The position numbers and the translations under genes are program-made. Of a DNA stretch of 64,000 nt, positions 38,403 through 49,936 are shown in pieces. The stretch is from an uncultured Clostridia bacterium (lineage in GTDB: Bacteria; Bacillota; Clostridia; TANB77; CAG-508): NCBI GenBank assembly GCA_947590905.1, contig CANQCU010000004.1, positions 16,591 through 80,590 on the forward strand, in the 5' to 3' direction. The number at the start of each line of letters is the position of its first letter. Position 1 is the stretch's first letter. A model generated the notes under the pieces. That model searched no databases. It saw only the letters and a program-made list of their open reading frames with translations, and was not told the origin of the DNA.

Positions 38403-41005
38403 TTATGAAAAATTTTTTATATATAATTCATTATCTTTTACATCAACTACTACTTTTGAATTTGGTACGATTTCTCCTGTTAGAATCTTCCTTGCAATTA
38501 AAGTTTCAAGTTTTCTTTGTACAAACCTTTTAAGTGGTCTTGCTCCATAAATTTCATCATATCCATTATCTATTAGATAATCTTTTGCTTGCTTTGTTAG
38601 TTCTAAGTTTATTTCTTTATCTTCAAGTCTTTTTTCTAAATCTTGTATTAATAAATCTAGTATTTTTGTTATCTCTTTTTTCAAAAGTGGTTTATAGAAA
38701 ATTATTTCATCAAGACGATTCAAAAATTCTGGTCTGAAACTTTGTTTAAGTAGTGTGTTTACTTTTTCTTTTGCTTCTTCTGATATTTCTCCGTCTTTTG
38801 TAATTCCTTCTAGTATATAGTCCGAGCCTAAGTTTGAAGTTAATATAATTATTGTATTCTTGAAGTCTACTGTTCTTCCTTGTGAGTCTGTTATACGTCC
38901 ATCATCTAGAACTTGAAGTAAAATATTAAATACATCAGGATGTGCCTTTTCTATTTCATCAAATAATACAACTGAATATGGTTTCCTTCTTACCGCTTCT
39001 GTTAATTGTCCTCCTTCTTCATATCCTACATATCCTGGAGGTGCACCAATCAATCTTGATACTGAGAATTTTTCCATATATTCTGACATATCTATTCTTA
39101 TAATATTATGTTCATCATCAAATAAGCTTTCAGCAAGTGACTTTGCAAGTTCTGTTTTTCCTACACCAGTTGGTCCTAAAAACATAAATGAGCCTATTGG
39201 TCTTGCTGGATTTCCGAATTCCTGCTCTTGAACGCATTATTGCTTCTGAAACCTTTTCTACTGCTTCATCCTGTCCTATTACTCTCTTATGAAGTACTTC
39301 GTCTAAGTGTAAAATTTTTTCTCTTTCTCCTTCCATAAGTTTTGTAACTGGTATTCCCGTCCATCTTGAAATGATTTTTGTTATTTCATCTTCTGTAACT
39401 TTATTTCTTAAAAGTCCATCTTCTTTACTTTTTTCTGACAATTTTTCTTCCTCTTCCAATTGTTTTTGAAGTTCTGGAAGTTTTCCATATTTCAATTCTG
39501 CAGCCTTATTTAATTCATAGTTTCTTTCTGCTTGTTCTATTTCTGCATTTACTTTTTCAATATCTTCACGTAACTTTTGTACTTTTCCTATTGCTTCTTT
39601 TTCATTTTTCCATTTTGCAGTCATTCCATCTAGTTTCGTCTTTAATTCTGCTTTTTCTTTTTGTAACTCTGCTAGACGTTTTTTAGATATCTCGTCTTTT
39701 TCTTTACTTAATGCTGTCTCCTCTATTTCTAATTGCATTATTTTTCTTGATACTTCATCAAGTTCTGTTGGCATTGATTCCATCTCTGTCTTTATCATTG
39801 CACATGCTTCATCAACCAAGTCTATTGCTTTATCTGGTAAGAATCTATCAGTAATATATCTATGAGAGAGTGTTGCTGCTGCAATTAAGCTATTGTCTGA
39901 TATTTTTACTCCATGATATACTTCATATCTTTCTTTCAAGCCTCTTAAAATTGATATTGTATCTTCTACAGTTGGCTCATCTACCATTACTGGTTGGAAA
40001 CGTCTTTCTAGTGCTTGATCTTTTTCTATATATTGTCTGTATTCATTTAGTGTTGTTGCACCTATACAATGAAGTTCTCCTCTTGCAAGCATTGGTTTTA
40101 AAAGATTTCCTGCATCCATTGCGCCATCTGTTTTTCCTGCACCTACTATTGTATGAATTTCATCTATGAAAAGAATTATTCTTCCTTCGCTCTTCTTTAT
40201 TTCTTGTAATACTGCTTTTAATCTTTCCTCAAATTCTCCTCTATATTTTGCACCAGCAACTAGAGCTCCCATATCTAGTGAAAATATTGTACAATTTTTT
40301 AATCCTTCTGGTACATCTCCTCTTACTATTCTAAGTGCTAATCCTTCTGCTATTGCTGTTTTTCCGTACACCAGGTTCACCTATTAAACATGGGTTATTT
40401 TTTGTTTTTCTTGATAATATTCTTATTACATTTCTTATTTCTGTATCTCTTCCTATTACTGGATCTAGTTTTTGTTTTCTTGCAAGTTCCACTAAATCTT
40501 GACCATATTTTTTTAATGCATCATAAGTTTCTTCTGGATTATCTGTTGTAACTCTTGTATTTCCTCTAACTTCTAATAATACTTTTAAGAATTCATTTTT
40601 TGTTATGTTATATTTCTTAAATAAATCTTTTATTGTTTTATTGCTATTATCAAATATTGCAAGCATAATATGTTCTACTGAAACATAATCATCTTTCATA
40701 TTTTTTGCTATTGTCTCTGCATTTGCAAGTACTAAATCAACCTCTTGTGATACATATATTCCGTCATTTGGTCTTGCTCCTCCTGTAATTCTTGGCATTT
40801 TTGTAATTTTATCTTTTAACTCTTTTTCGAATTCTTCTTCATTTGTTATCTTTTTTAGAAGTTCAGTTATCAAACTATTATCTTGCTCTAAAAGTGATAA
40901 TAGTAAGTGCTCTTCTTCTATTTGCGCATTTTGATTTTGTATTGCTAAAGTTTGTGCACTTTGAATTGCTTCTAAAGATTTTTGTGTAAATTTTTGAATA
41001 TTCAT
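38403..41005 (-). CDS. clpB: ATP-dependent chaperone ClpB; split into three ORFs by two 1-nt insertions at about 40366 and 39216
   Basis: Clp N-domain, NBD1, coiled-coil M-domain and NBD2. Deleting the C in 'gta[c]ggaaaa' restores Walker [16 protein letters not shown]. Deleting the C in 'att[c]ggaaat' restores [29 protein letters not shown]. Confidence 0.85.
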
Positions 41006-41089
41006 TTCTTATCACTCCTTTACAAAAAATTGTATTTTATTTTTAAAACTAAGATACAATTTATTTTTTAATCTTTGCAGTCTGGGCTT

Positions 41090-41170
41090 ACAGATTAAAA
41101 TTCATATGTAAGTTGCTCCATATCGCCCTTCGCTTCGCTACGGTTGATCGCTTACGCAGATTAAAAAATA
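41090..41170. repeat. second copy of the GC-rich intergenic repeat family, flanked by a 10-bp direct repeat CAGATTAAAA
   Basis: GTTGCTCCATATCGCCCTTCGCTTCGCTACGGTTGATCGCTTACGC is shared with 9929-9975. Direct repeats at 41091-41100 and 41157-41166. Confidence 0.55.
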
Positions 41171-41381
41171 AATTATTCCTTAGCTTTTACTATTATATCC
41201 ATCGGCAACTTACCATATTTTCTTGCACTTTAAAAGCACATATCTTTATATAGAATGTGCTTTTTCTTTGATAATTATTATTATATTACATTATTTTAGC
41301 ACTGTCAAGTGGAGAGTGCTAATTTATAATTTTTCTTTACTTCTACTATGAAAATCCGTATAGTAAAAGACTTTTAGCATT

Positions 41382-42491
41382 TTACATTTCAATTATCTTC
41401 TCCCATGGTAAATCTTTTTTGCCGAAATGTCCATAGTTTGTTGTCTTTGCATATATTGGCTCTCTAAGTCCTAAATATTTTATTATACCATCAGGTGTTA
41501 AATCGAATTTTTCTTCTATTTTCTTTTTTATATCTTCTTCTGGGATTGTATTTGTTCCAAATGTATTTACATATATAGATATTGGTTTAGCAATACCTAT
41601 ACCATAAGAAATTTGTATTTCACATTTTTTTGCATAACCGTTTGCAACAACATTTTTTGCAATATGACGTAACATATATGCTGCGCTACGATCAACCTTT
41701 GTTGCATCTTTTCCTGAAAAAGCTCCTCCACCATGTCTTGCATATCCGCCATATGTATCTACAATTATTTTTCTTCCAGTAAGTCCTGTATCTCCAAGTG
41801 GTCCGCCTATTACGAATCTTCCTGTAGGATTTATGTAATATTTTGTATTTTCATCTAGATATTTTTTATCTACTACCTCTTTTATAACTTTTTCTATAAT
41901 ATCTTTTCTTACTGTATCTAATGAAACATTTTCATCATGTTGGTTAGAAATTAAGATAGTTTCTATTCTTTTTGGTTCATCATCTTCATATTCTACTGTT
42001 ACTTGTGTTTTTCCATCAGGTCCAAGATATGGAAGTATTCCTTCTTTTCTAACTTCTGTAAGTTTTTTAGATAATTTATGTGCAAGTGATATAGCAAATG
42101 GCATATATTCTTCTGTATCAAGATTTGCATATCCAAACATTATTCCTTGATCTCCTGCACCTCCGACATCTACTCCTTGCGCAATATCTTGACTTTGTTT
42201 TGTGATATTTATATCTATCTTGCAATTTTCATAATCTATGTCTATGCCCTTTCCTCTATAACCTATATTTCTTAATACTTCTCTTGTTATTTTTTCTATA
42301 TCTATTTTTGCATTTGTTGTAAGTTGTCCTGCAACAGTTATTTTATCATTTGATGCAAATGTTTCTACTGCAACTCTTGAAAATTTATCTTGCTTTAAGC
42401 ATTCATCTAGTATTGTATCTGATATTAAATCGCATAACTTATCTGGATGTCCTTCTGTTACGCTTTCTGATGTGAATAAATATTTGTTCAT
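41382..42491 (-). CDS. metK: S-adenosylmethionine synthase
   Basis: GHPDK, GAGDQG and GGGAFSGKD MetK signatures. Confidence 0.9.
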   Translation of the reverse strand: MNKYLFTSESVTEGHPDKLCDLISDTILDECLKQDKFSRVAVETFASNDKITVAGQLTTNAKIDIEKITREVLRNIGYRGKGIDIDYENCKIDINITKQSQDIAQGVDVGGAGDQGIMFGYANLDTEEYMPFAISLAHKLSKKLTEVRKEGILPYLGPDGKTQVTVEYEDDEPKRIETILISNQHDENVSLDTVRKDIIEKVIKEVVDKKYLDENTKYYINPTGRFVIGGPLGDTGLTGRKIIVDTYGGYARHGGGAFSGKDATKVDRSAAYMLRHIAKNVVANGYAKKCEIQISYGIGIAKPISIYVNTFGTNTIPEEDIKKKIEEKFDLTPDGIIKYLGLREPIYAKTTNYGHFGKKDLPWEKIIEM

Positions 42492-42592
42492 TTTTTAGTC
42501 CTCCTATACCATAAAGGAAAGTAGCTTTGCTACATGCACATTTTTTCAAATATGCACAGCTTAATGTAAGTTAAGCCTTTTTCCTATGCAAT

Positions 42593-42619
42593 AAAAAAAT
42601 TCTCTACATATGCAGAGAA
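42593..42619 (-). terminator. expression-platform terminator of the SAM riboswitch (ttctctgcatatgtagagaa followed by U7)
   Basis: Hairpin with a T-tract between the aptamer and the metK ribosome-binding site. Confidence 0.6.
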
Positions 42620-42639
42620 TAAAAGTCTATTTAAAATAC

Positions 42640-42742
42640 ACTATCATTCAAAGCATATTGCCTTGCCGGTATTAGCACCTTATCTTTCACAGGTTGCTGT
42701 GGGTTCATTAAGCCGGTTCTTTCGCCCACTCTTGATAATGTA
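42640..42742 (-). promoter_or_regulatory. SAM-I (S-box) riboswitch aptamer in the metK leader
   Basis: The minus-strand sequence reads UUAUCAAGAGUGGGCGAAAGAACCGGCUUAAUGAACCCACAGCAACC…GGUGCUAAUACCGGCAAGG…GAAUGAUAG, matching the S-box consensus blocks (UUAUCAAGAG, GGUGCUAA). Confidence 0.8.
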
Positions 42743-42776
42743 TTTATTGTATCAGTTATGTCTAATTTTGTCAATA

Positions 42777-42826
42777 TATGTGATTAAATTCTATTTTTAA
42801 TTTGTGATTAAATTCTATTTTAAATT
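42777..42826. repeat. tandem 24-bp direct repeat (TGTGATTAAATTCTATTTT[T]AA[A]TTT, two copies, one gap) upstream of the metK promoter/riboswitch
   Basis: Seen directly at 42777-42800 and 42803-42826. Confidence 0.5.
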
Positions 42827-42890
42827 TATTTCCAATAAATTATTAAGCAAATATTTTATATATTTGTAACTAAATTTTTAGTTAATAAAA

Positions 42891-43778
42891 TTATTTTATA
42901 TATAGCATTGGGTCTTGATATTCTTCGTCTTTTAATATTTCAAAATGAAGATGTGGTTCATCTAATATTTCAAATGCACCTGTATCTCCAATTGTTCCTA
43001 AGGTTTGACCTTTATCAATTTCTTCCCCAACTGTTACAAATTCAGCTGTTAAAAGATTAGCATATCTTGTTTCATATCCATTTGCATGTTTTACAATAAC
43101 TGTTGTTCCATATCTTGGATCGTTTTTTATTGCTGTAACTGTTCCAGCTTCCGCTGATTTCACTACTGTTGTCTTATCTGCTTTTATATCAACTCCCGTA
43201 TGAGTTACCCATTCTTTTAGAGTTTCTGAATATACCAAATTATCTTTTGCATATTCTTTTATTACTTCACCTTCGACTGGAAATGCAAATGTTGGGTCTT
43301 TTATTTCTTGTGTGCTATCCTTTACTTCCGTAGAAGATTTTTCATTTGTCTCATTTTTTTCTTCTGCTGAATTGTTTTCTATTTTGTCATCTGGAACACT
43401 TGCATCTTGTTCATTTACACTATTTCCATCTAATACAACACTATCAGTATTTACATCTTCTTCATTTTCCACAGAAGTTTGATTTGTTTCTTGACTTTCT
43501 TGTAATTCATTTTCTGCTTCTTCTACTGTTCTTCCAAGTCTTGCATTTGTCTCTTCCGCTGTGTTTATTTCATTTCCTACATTTGTTGGTATTTGTCCAA
43601 TTTGATCTGTTTCTAAGTCAGTATATAGTTTTTCTAGACTATTATTATATATCATTACTGTTACTAAAAACGCAATGACTCCTAATGCAATAATTGTACC
43701 TGTTATATATAAAATGTTTTTTATATTAGAATTTCTTTGTTCTAATGCTCTTCTTCTGTCTCTTCTTTCTTCTCTCAT
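42891..43778 (-). CDS. M23-family metallopeptidase with N-terminal TM anchor (SpoIIQ-like position next to spoIID)
   Basis: HxxxD (THTGVDI) and HxH (HLHFEI) M23 motifs, plus a low-complexity linker. Confidence 0.7.
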   Translation of the reverse strand: MREERRDRRRALEQRNSNIKNILYITGTIIALGVIAFLVTVMIYNNSLEKLYTDLETDQIGQIPTNVGNEINTAEETNARLGRTVEEAENELQESQETNQTSVENEEDVNTDSVVLDGNSVNEQDASVPDDKIENNSAEEKNETNEKSSTEVKDSTQEIKDPTFAFPVEGEVIKEYAKDNLVYSETLKEWVTHTGVDIKADKTTVVKSAEAGTVTAIKNDPRYGTTVIVKHANGYETRYANLLTAEFVTVGEEIDKGQTLGTIGDTGAFEILDEPHLHFEILKDEEYQDPMLYIK

Positions 43779-43844
43779 TTTTACCTCCTAAAAATCTTAT
43801 GTTTAATATAATTATTTCCTGTTTTTGGAGATTTATACAAAACT

Positions 43845-44835
43845 TTAATTAAGTTTTGTAATTTGAGTTCCCGTATAATAATGAGTTAAAATCTCGTTAT
43901 ATGAAAAGCCTTGTTTTGCAAGTGAATCTGCTCCTGTCTGACTCATCCCAACTCCATGACCATTTCCAACAACTTTAAAAATAATATTTTCACCTTCTTT
44001 TGTAATATTAAAATTTGTTGCTTTTAATCCTAAAATGCTTCTTGCTTCTACTCCGTGAAATTTCATGATTTCCAAATTTAACTTTACTCACTCTTCCACT
44101 TTCCGTATATTCTAAGATTTGTATTTCTTCATCTAAATCAAAATTAATTTGTATATCACTATATTTTGTTTTTAATTTATTTAAAAGCTCTTCTCTCGTT
44201 AATGTAACTTCTGAACTATATTGAGAATATGCATCTTCTCCTGATGTCTCAACTGATTGCAAATATGGATAATCTCCTCCACCCCATACATTATTTGGGG
44301 TCTCTGTTTTTCCACCACTATTTGAATGAAAAAATGCATTTATTATTTGCCCTTCATAAGTTACAACTTCTCCTACTGTTGAATTTACCGCTTCTACTAT
44401 CTTATTCCATTTATTTATTCCATCATCTTGCCATTTGGATATTCTATCTTCTTTAGATATCCATGCTTGACAACATGATGCACTATCGCAAATATCAGCT
44501 CCTTCATGCTTTGATCCATGAATTATTCTGTACACTGTATAAGTCCTTGCTGCAACGCTTTGTGCCTTTATTGCCTCTATGTCATAATCTACTGGAATTT
44601 CCGCTGACACGACCTGAGCTATATATTCATCCAAGTTTACTTCTTCTACTTCATTTGTAGAATTATGTAATAATTTTATTGTTTCAAAATCTGTGTAATT
44701 ATATTTTTCTATATCTAAAAGTACTGGTGGTTCTTCTATATTTTTCTTTTTAATTTTAAATTTTGTAGTAAAAAATATAGGTATAAGAAAACATATACCT
44801 ATGATTAAAAAAACATATATTACTATTTTTTTCAT
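43845..44835 (-). CDS. spoIID: stage II sporulation protein D (lytic transglycosylase); frame broken by a 1-nt insertion near 44055
   Basis: SpoIID signatures (…DICDSASCCQAW…, C-terminal GHGVGMSQTGA). Deleting the C in 'tca[c]ggagta' joins …VKFGNHEISGVEARSILGLKATNF…. Confidence 0.8.
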
Positions 44836-45559
44836 ACAACCTCCAGATTCATCCTCATCTTATCCAAAATTTTCTTTTCAATTCTTGAGACTTGAACTTG
44901 TGATATTCCTAGAAGTTCTCCTACCTCACTTTGTGTCTTGTTCTTATAAAATCTAAGAATTATTATTTGTCTCTCTTTAGGATTTAAGTTTTCAATCAGG
45001 CTATTTATCGTAAGTCTATTTACAATGTTTGATTCTTCATTTTCAATTGCTGGAATTTTGTTTATTATTTCTCGTCCATTATCGTCTTTTTGATTTTCTT
45101 CTTTGTAAATTGACTCAACTGGTCTTTTTGCTTCTAATGCTACTATTATTTCTTCCTTGCCAACGCGAAGCTCTTTTTCTAATTCTTTTAGTGAAATATT
45201 TTCTCCTGTTTTTCTTAAATGTTCTTCCTCCAATTTGCTAATTTTCATGCTTAGTTCTTTTATACTTCTACTTACTTTTATCATTCCATCATCACGTATG
45301 AATTTTTTTATTTCTCCTAGTATGTATGGTACTGCATATGTTGATAATTTTACATCATAGCTTGTATCAAATCTTTTGATTGATTTTATAAACCCTAAGC
45401 AACCTATTTGGTAAAGGTCCTCTGTCTCATAACCACGCATACAAAATCTTTTTACAATGCTCCAAATAAGTCCGTTTATTGCTCTCTACAAGCTCAGTCA
45501 TAGCCTCTTCGTCTCCGCTCTTTTGCCCTGCTTATTTTTTCTATACTATTATCATACAT
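44832..45559 (-). CDS. sigF: sporulation sigma factor F; N-terminal region disrupted by two 1-nt insertions at about 45527 and 45474
   Basis: The C-terminal 202 aa are an intact sigma-70 regions 2.2-4. The true start is MYDNSIEKISRAKE. Removing the Cs in 'gag[c]ggagac' and 'aaa[c]ggactt' gives …GDEEAMTELVESNKGLIWSIVKRFCMRGYETEDL…. Confidence 0.8.
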
Positions 45560-45577
45560 ATTCTTAAGTTTTCTCCT

Positions 45578-46097
45578 TTAGACTAGAATGTTTTCTTTTA
45601 TCTTTTTTACCATCCTTACTTTTGTTCCTAGTCCAAGTATTGATTCAACATTTAGTTCATCCATAAAGCTTTCCATTATGGTAAAGCCCATTCCGGGACC
45701 TTTCTAAATCTGCTTTTGTTGTATATAAGGGCTCTTTTGCAATGTCTACGTTTTCTATTCCTTTTCCTGTATCTGATATTTCTATAATTATTTGTTTGTC
45801 TACTATCTTACAATTTATTTTTATTATTCCTTCTCCATTCTCATACCCGTGTATTATTGAATTTGTTACAGCCTCAGATACTGCTGTCTTTATGTCTGCA
45901 ATTTCTTCTATCGTTGGATCTAGTTGTGATGCAAATGCTGCAACTGTAATTCTTGCAAATGCTTCATTGCACGATTTGCTTAAAATTTCTAAATTCATTT
46001 CGTTATCATATTTACTTTTCATTTTTTCCCTTTCTTGCCTTTGCAATTTATTTAGATAAAAATGTAAATATAAGTTTTTTGGTTTTTTATCTTGCAA
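45578..46097 (-). CDS. spoIIAB: anti-sigma F factor (serine kinase SpoIIAB); C-terminus frameshifted by a 1-nt insertion near 45695
   Basis: GHKL ATPase motifs. Deleting the C in 'tcc[c]ggaatg' gives …[41 protein letters not shown]. Confidence 0.8.
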
Positions 46098-46103
46098 AGA
46101 CTT

Positions 46104-46409
46104 TTAACTTATTTTCATTATTTTTGGAAGTCCACTCATCTCGAAAATTTTCCTAATACTTGGTTTTACATTTACCATTTCAAGATTTCCACCGATTAAC
46201 TTTACAACTTTGTATCTTCCAATTAACATTCCGATTCCTGCACTGTCCATGAAAGTAACCTTATCAAAATCAAATATAACTCTTTTAGGAATATATCTCT
46301 CAATTTCATCGTCTGCTTGCCTCCTTATCTTTTCTGACCAATGATGGTCAATTTCTTCTGTAATTTCAAAACGAAGTACTTTGCCCTCTTCTTCATAGTT
46401 TACGTTCAT
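46104..46409 (-). CDS. spoIIAA: anti-sigma F factor antagonist (STAS domain)
   Basis: STAS fold with the phospho-acceptor context DFDKVTFMDSAGIGMLIG. Confidence 0.8.
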   Translation of the reverse strand: MNVNYEEEGKVLRFEITEEIDHHWSEKIRRQADDEIERYIPKRVIFDFDKVTFMDSAGIGMLIGRYKVVKLIGGNLEMVNVKPSIRKIFEMSGLPKIMKIS

Positions 46410-46652
46410 AACTTGTCCTCCTTTTGTTTTCGTTTTGTATTATATACCATTTGGTAATTTTTTCCAATAGCAAAGTTTGGGAAGTTTTGACGAATCATGA
46501 CTTTCGTTCGACAAAAGGTGAGCAATTATTATTTTTATATATGGAAAGTAGCTTCGCCACATGTGTGGATTTGCTTTGAAAGTCGTACGAGTAAAGGTAT
46601 CTTAACCTTTTTGCTTCAAAAATTTTGCAGAAATTTTCGAAGCAATAAAAAT

Positions 46653-46683
46653 AAGTAGTAAGTTAAAAAAACTTACTACTTAT
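46653..46683. terminator. intrinsic terminator (aagtagtaagtt-aaaaaaa-cttactactt) downstream of htrA
   Basis: 10-bp stem with a T-run. Confidence 0.55.
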
Positions 46684-46743
46684 TTTTTAATAGAATTCAC
46701 TAACAGACTTATATTGGTAAATTTCAAATTTTTATAATGTTTC

Positions 46744-47943
46744 CTATGGCTGTTCTGCAAGAGTTACTTCAACATCTATATATTCACCATTTCTATATAA
46801 TTTAATTTTCAATGTATCTCCGATTTTGTGTTTATTTTTAATTTCTGTAACTTCTTTGTTGGTCTCTATTTTTTCTCCATCAATTTCTGTTATTACATCT
46901 CCTACTTTTATTCCTGCTTTTTGTGCAGCTGAGAAATCTTCTACTTCTCTAACATATGCTCCAACTACTAATTTATATTTTGTTGCTTCTTCTTCGCTTA
47001 TTGTTTGAACTGTTATTCCTATATATGGTCTTATTACTTTGTTGTATTCTATTAATTGCTTAACTACTTCTGTTGTTGAACTTATTGGTATTGCAAATCC
47101 TATTCCTTCTACTCCTGTTCCTGATAATTTCAATGTATTTATTCCTATAACTTGACCTTTACTATTAACTAAAGCTCCTCCACTATTTCCTGAATTTATA
47201 GCTGCATCTGTTTGTATAACTGTGTATTTTTCATTCTCATCTGTTATTATTTCTCTATTTACAGCACTAACTATTCCTGATGTAACGCTAGATGATAAAC
47301 CTAATGGATTTCCAACTGCCATTGCAAATTCTCCAACTTGCACGCTATTTGAATCTCCAAGTTCTGCTGGTGTAAGACCAGTTTTTTCAATCTTTATTAC
47401 TGCTAAGTCTGTTTCACTATCTGCTCCAATTATTTTTGCATCATATAATGTTTCATCATTATATAATTTAACTTTAACAGAAACCGCTTCTGTGACTTGA
47501 TAATATGAAGATGATGATTCTGTACTAACAACATGGTTATTTGTTAAAATATATCCATCTTCAGAAATAATAATTCCTGATCCTGATGCTTGCGCTGTTT
47601 GTTTTCCAAAGAATGAATTTACACTATATTCTATTTCTATTCCAACAATTGATGGCTGAACTTTAGCAGCAACTCCTATTGATGTTCCAGAATATTCTTC
47701 AAGTGAAACTGCTGTCGCATTTACTTGAGAGCTAGATGTATCAATTTGATTTTGCCATGAATTTGAAGTTTTTTCTTCTTCTCCAAATATCTTTTCTTTT
47801 ATTTTTGGGACTCCAAGACATGTACCAATTACTAAACTTGCTCCAATTATTCCTGATAAAAATGGTACTACTACTGTCTTAAAAAAACTTCCCCTAGGTT
47901 TTTTTTGATTTACGCTTTTAAAGATATCATTATTTTCTTCCAT
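46744..47943 (-). CDS. htrA: HtrA/DegP-family serine protease with PDZ domain and N-terminal TM anchor
   Basis: Catalytic triad context (…TNNHVV…, D…, GNSGGAL) and a C-terminal PDZ domain. Confidence 0.8.
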   Translation of the reverse strand: MEENNDIFKSVNQKKPRGSFFKTVVVPFLSGIIGASLVIGTCLGVPKIKEKIFGEEEKTSNSWQNQIDTSSSQVNATAVSLEEYSGTSIGVAAKVQPSIVGIEIEYSVNSFFGKQTAQASGSGIIISEDGYILTNNHVVSTESSSSYYQVTEAVSVKVKLYNDETLYDAKIIGADSETDLAVIKIEKTGLTPAELGDSNSVQVGEFAMAVGNPLGLSSSVTSGIVSAVNREIITDENEKYTVIQTDAAINSGNSGGALVNSKGQVIGINTLKLSGTGVEGIGFAIPISSTTEVVKQLIEYNKVIRPYIGITVQTISEEEATKYKLVVGAYVREVEDFSAAQKAGIKVGDVITEIDGEKIETNKEVTEIKNKHKIGDTLKIKLYRNGEYIDVEVTLAEQP

Positions 47944-48157
47944 CTTTATATCCTTCCTTTCTTTAAGTCATTTGTTTTAAGTCTTATTCTTTTTTTATTT
48001 TACTCTCCATTTGTGAACTAATTGTGAATGGTATGTAATTATTTGTTTAAAGTAATAGTTATATTAATAGTTAAATTTACTTTATTTTAACATTTTTCTG
48101 AATATATATTATTACTTTTCAAAGTAGTACCCTAAGTTTTTTAACTTAGGGTATTTT

Positions 48158-49060
48158 TTAGTTTTCTTTTTTTTCTTTTAATTTTTCTTTTACTGCATTT
48201 CTTGTTTTTGCCGTCTGTGATATATTTCTTTTTGTTATTAAATTACTTATTAATATCTTTTTAAGTGTTTCTTCTTTTACATCTGCAATTAGCACTCCAT
48301 CTTTTGCAATTGATACTTTTCCTGTTTCTTCCGAAACTACGACTGCTATTGCATCTGATTCTTTTGATATTCCTATTGCTGCTCTATGCCTCGTTCCAAG
48401 TTCTCTTGCTATGTCTTTATCTCCTGCAAGTGGAAGCATACATGCTGCTGCTTTTATTCTTCCTCCACTTATTACAACTGCTCCATCATGAAGTGGCGTT
48501 TTAGGCACAAATATATTTACTAATAATTGCGGAGATATTTCTGCATCTAGTGCAACTCCTGTTGAGATTATATCTTTTATTTCAATATCTCTTTCTAGAA
48601 CTATTAATGCTCCTGTTCTTTCTCTTGAAAGCTCAAATGCTGCTATTGCTACTTTATATATTTCTTCTTTTGTTTTTGCTTCTATATCCTTATCTAATCC
48701 AAAAAATCTTGTTAATTTGTTACTTCCTAGTTCCTCTAATGATCTTCTAAGCTCTGGTTGGAATAAGACAACTAGTACAACTCCATATGTCATAAATGAA
48801 GTTAATATATAGTTTAAAATTGTTAAATGAAGTGCTGAGCTAAGTGCCATAACAATTATTATTAATGTTATTCCTTTTAATAGTTGCCAAGCTCTTGAAT
48901 CTTTTACTATTTTAAATAGCTTGATAAATATTAATATTACTAGACTAATATCTATTATTAACAAGATAAATCTTGATGGATTTGCATATAGTTCTTGAGC
49001 ATATAATGTAATTATATCTGCTAAATTCATTGCAGGTCCATTTACAAAATTACTACCCAT
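48158..49060 (-). CDS. cdaA: diadenylate cyclase CdaA (membrane-anchored DAC domain)
   Basis: Three N-terminal TM helices and DAC motifs (…DGAVVI…, RHRAA). Confidence 0.85.
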   Translation of the reverse strand: MGSNFVNGPAMNLADIITLYAQELYANPSRFILLIIDISLVILIFIKLFKIVKDSRAWQLLKGITLIIIVMALSSALHLTILNYILTSFMTYGVVLVVLFQPELRRSLEELGSNKLTRFFGLDKDIEAKTKEEIYKVAIAAFELSRERTGALIVLERDIEIKDIISTGVALDAEISPQLLVNIFVPKTPLHDGAVVISGGRIKAAACMLPLAGDKDIARELGTRHRAAIGISKESDAIAVVVSEETGKVSIAKDGVLIADVKEETLKKILISNLITKRNISQTAKTRNAVKEKLKEKKEN

Positions 49061-49119
49061 ATTTATTCCTTAATAATATATTTAGGTTTTTTTAAGGATA
49101 CCTATAAACCTAAATATAT

Positions 49120-49272
49120 TTTACGATTGCATTAAAGCAAATATTAAAGATGCTGCAACAGATAACACCATTGCTACAACTATTACTATTATTACTATAT
49201 TTGTTATAAGTTTTCTTTTATCCATTGACTTCTTTACTTTTTGTTCTTTTTTTGCTTTCTTTTCTTTTTCCA
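49120..49272 (-). CDS. small membrane protein (about 50 aa; MEKEKKAKKEQ… followed by a TM helix)
   Basis: An AGGAGG ribosome-binding site 8 nt upstream. Not in the ORF track (shorter than 60 aa). Confidence 0.3.
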
Positions 49273-49453
49273 TTTATTTTTCCTCCTAAAGTGCATTAAG
49301 CATTTTTTCTATATTGTTATATCACAAAATATATTAAATTACAATACATATAAAATAAAATTTTGTTTACATATGAAAGAAAATTTCGTTTACATTTTCT
49401 AAGTATACTTTATTTTTACAATTCAATTTATATTTTCTATATATTATGTTTTA

Positions 49454-49490
49454 AGAAGGCCAGCCGGAAATTATTCCGCTGGCCTTCTTA
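49454..49490. terminator. GC-rich hairpin (aagaaggccagc-cggaaattattccg-ctggccttctt)
   Basis: 12-bp perfect stem at the edge of a 450-bp higher-GC patch. Confidence 0.5.
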
Positions 49491-49936
49491 ATTTTGCCTC
49501 ATTCTTCCTCTTCTTTGTCTTCAAAAGTCGAATAAATAACCTCGAAAACTGAGGCCAAGGCTGTCAGCAAAGCTGCTGAAACAGAAAGAATTTTTATTAT
49601 CCGCTCGATTGTTTTATGCATAAACGTTTTCCTCTCCAATGTTTTTTAATTAGGTGATTCTTCGTTCTTGGGTGCGAACAAAATTACAAGCATTAATGCG
49701 AGTATTTCTGCCAGACTTTGGATTGCTCTTGCGACCTTAGTTGGAAATACAATTACCAAGATTACAAGTGACATGGAAATTGCCTCGCATACCATGCCTA
49801 ATTTTTTATTCACGCGGATAACCTCCTTTCAATATTCTTCATTGAATAATTATATCATATTTTACATAATATTACAAGAAAATTAGAAATTGTGTAAAAT
49901 AAAAACCCTTTTTATAAGGGCTTTTATCTATTCTTA

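Noticed and set aside
42777-42826. Possible CRISPR array, and likewise the other short repeats in the window
   Set aside because: Only two tandem copies exist, with no spacers, no cas genes and AT-rich promoter-region context. No CRISPR array is present in this window.
46440-46650. Possible small RNA or sigma-H promoter elements upstream of spoIIAA
   Set aside because: No convincing -35/-10 match to sigma-H (AGGAWWT…RGAAT) could be confirmed by eye, so the region is left unannotated.
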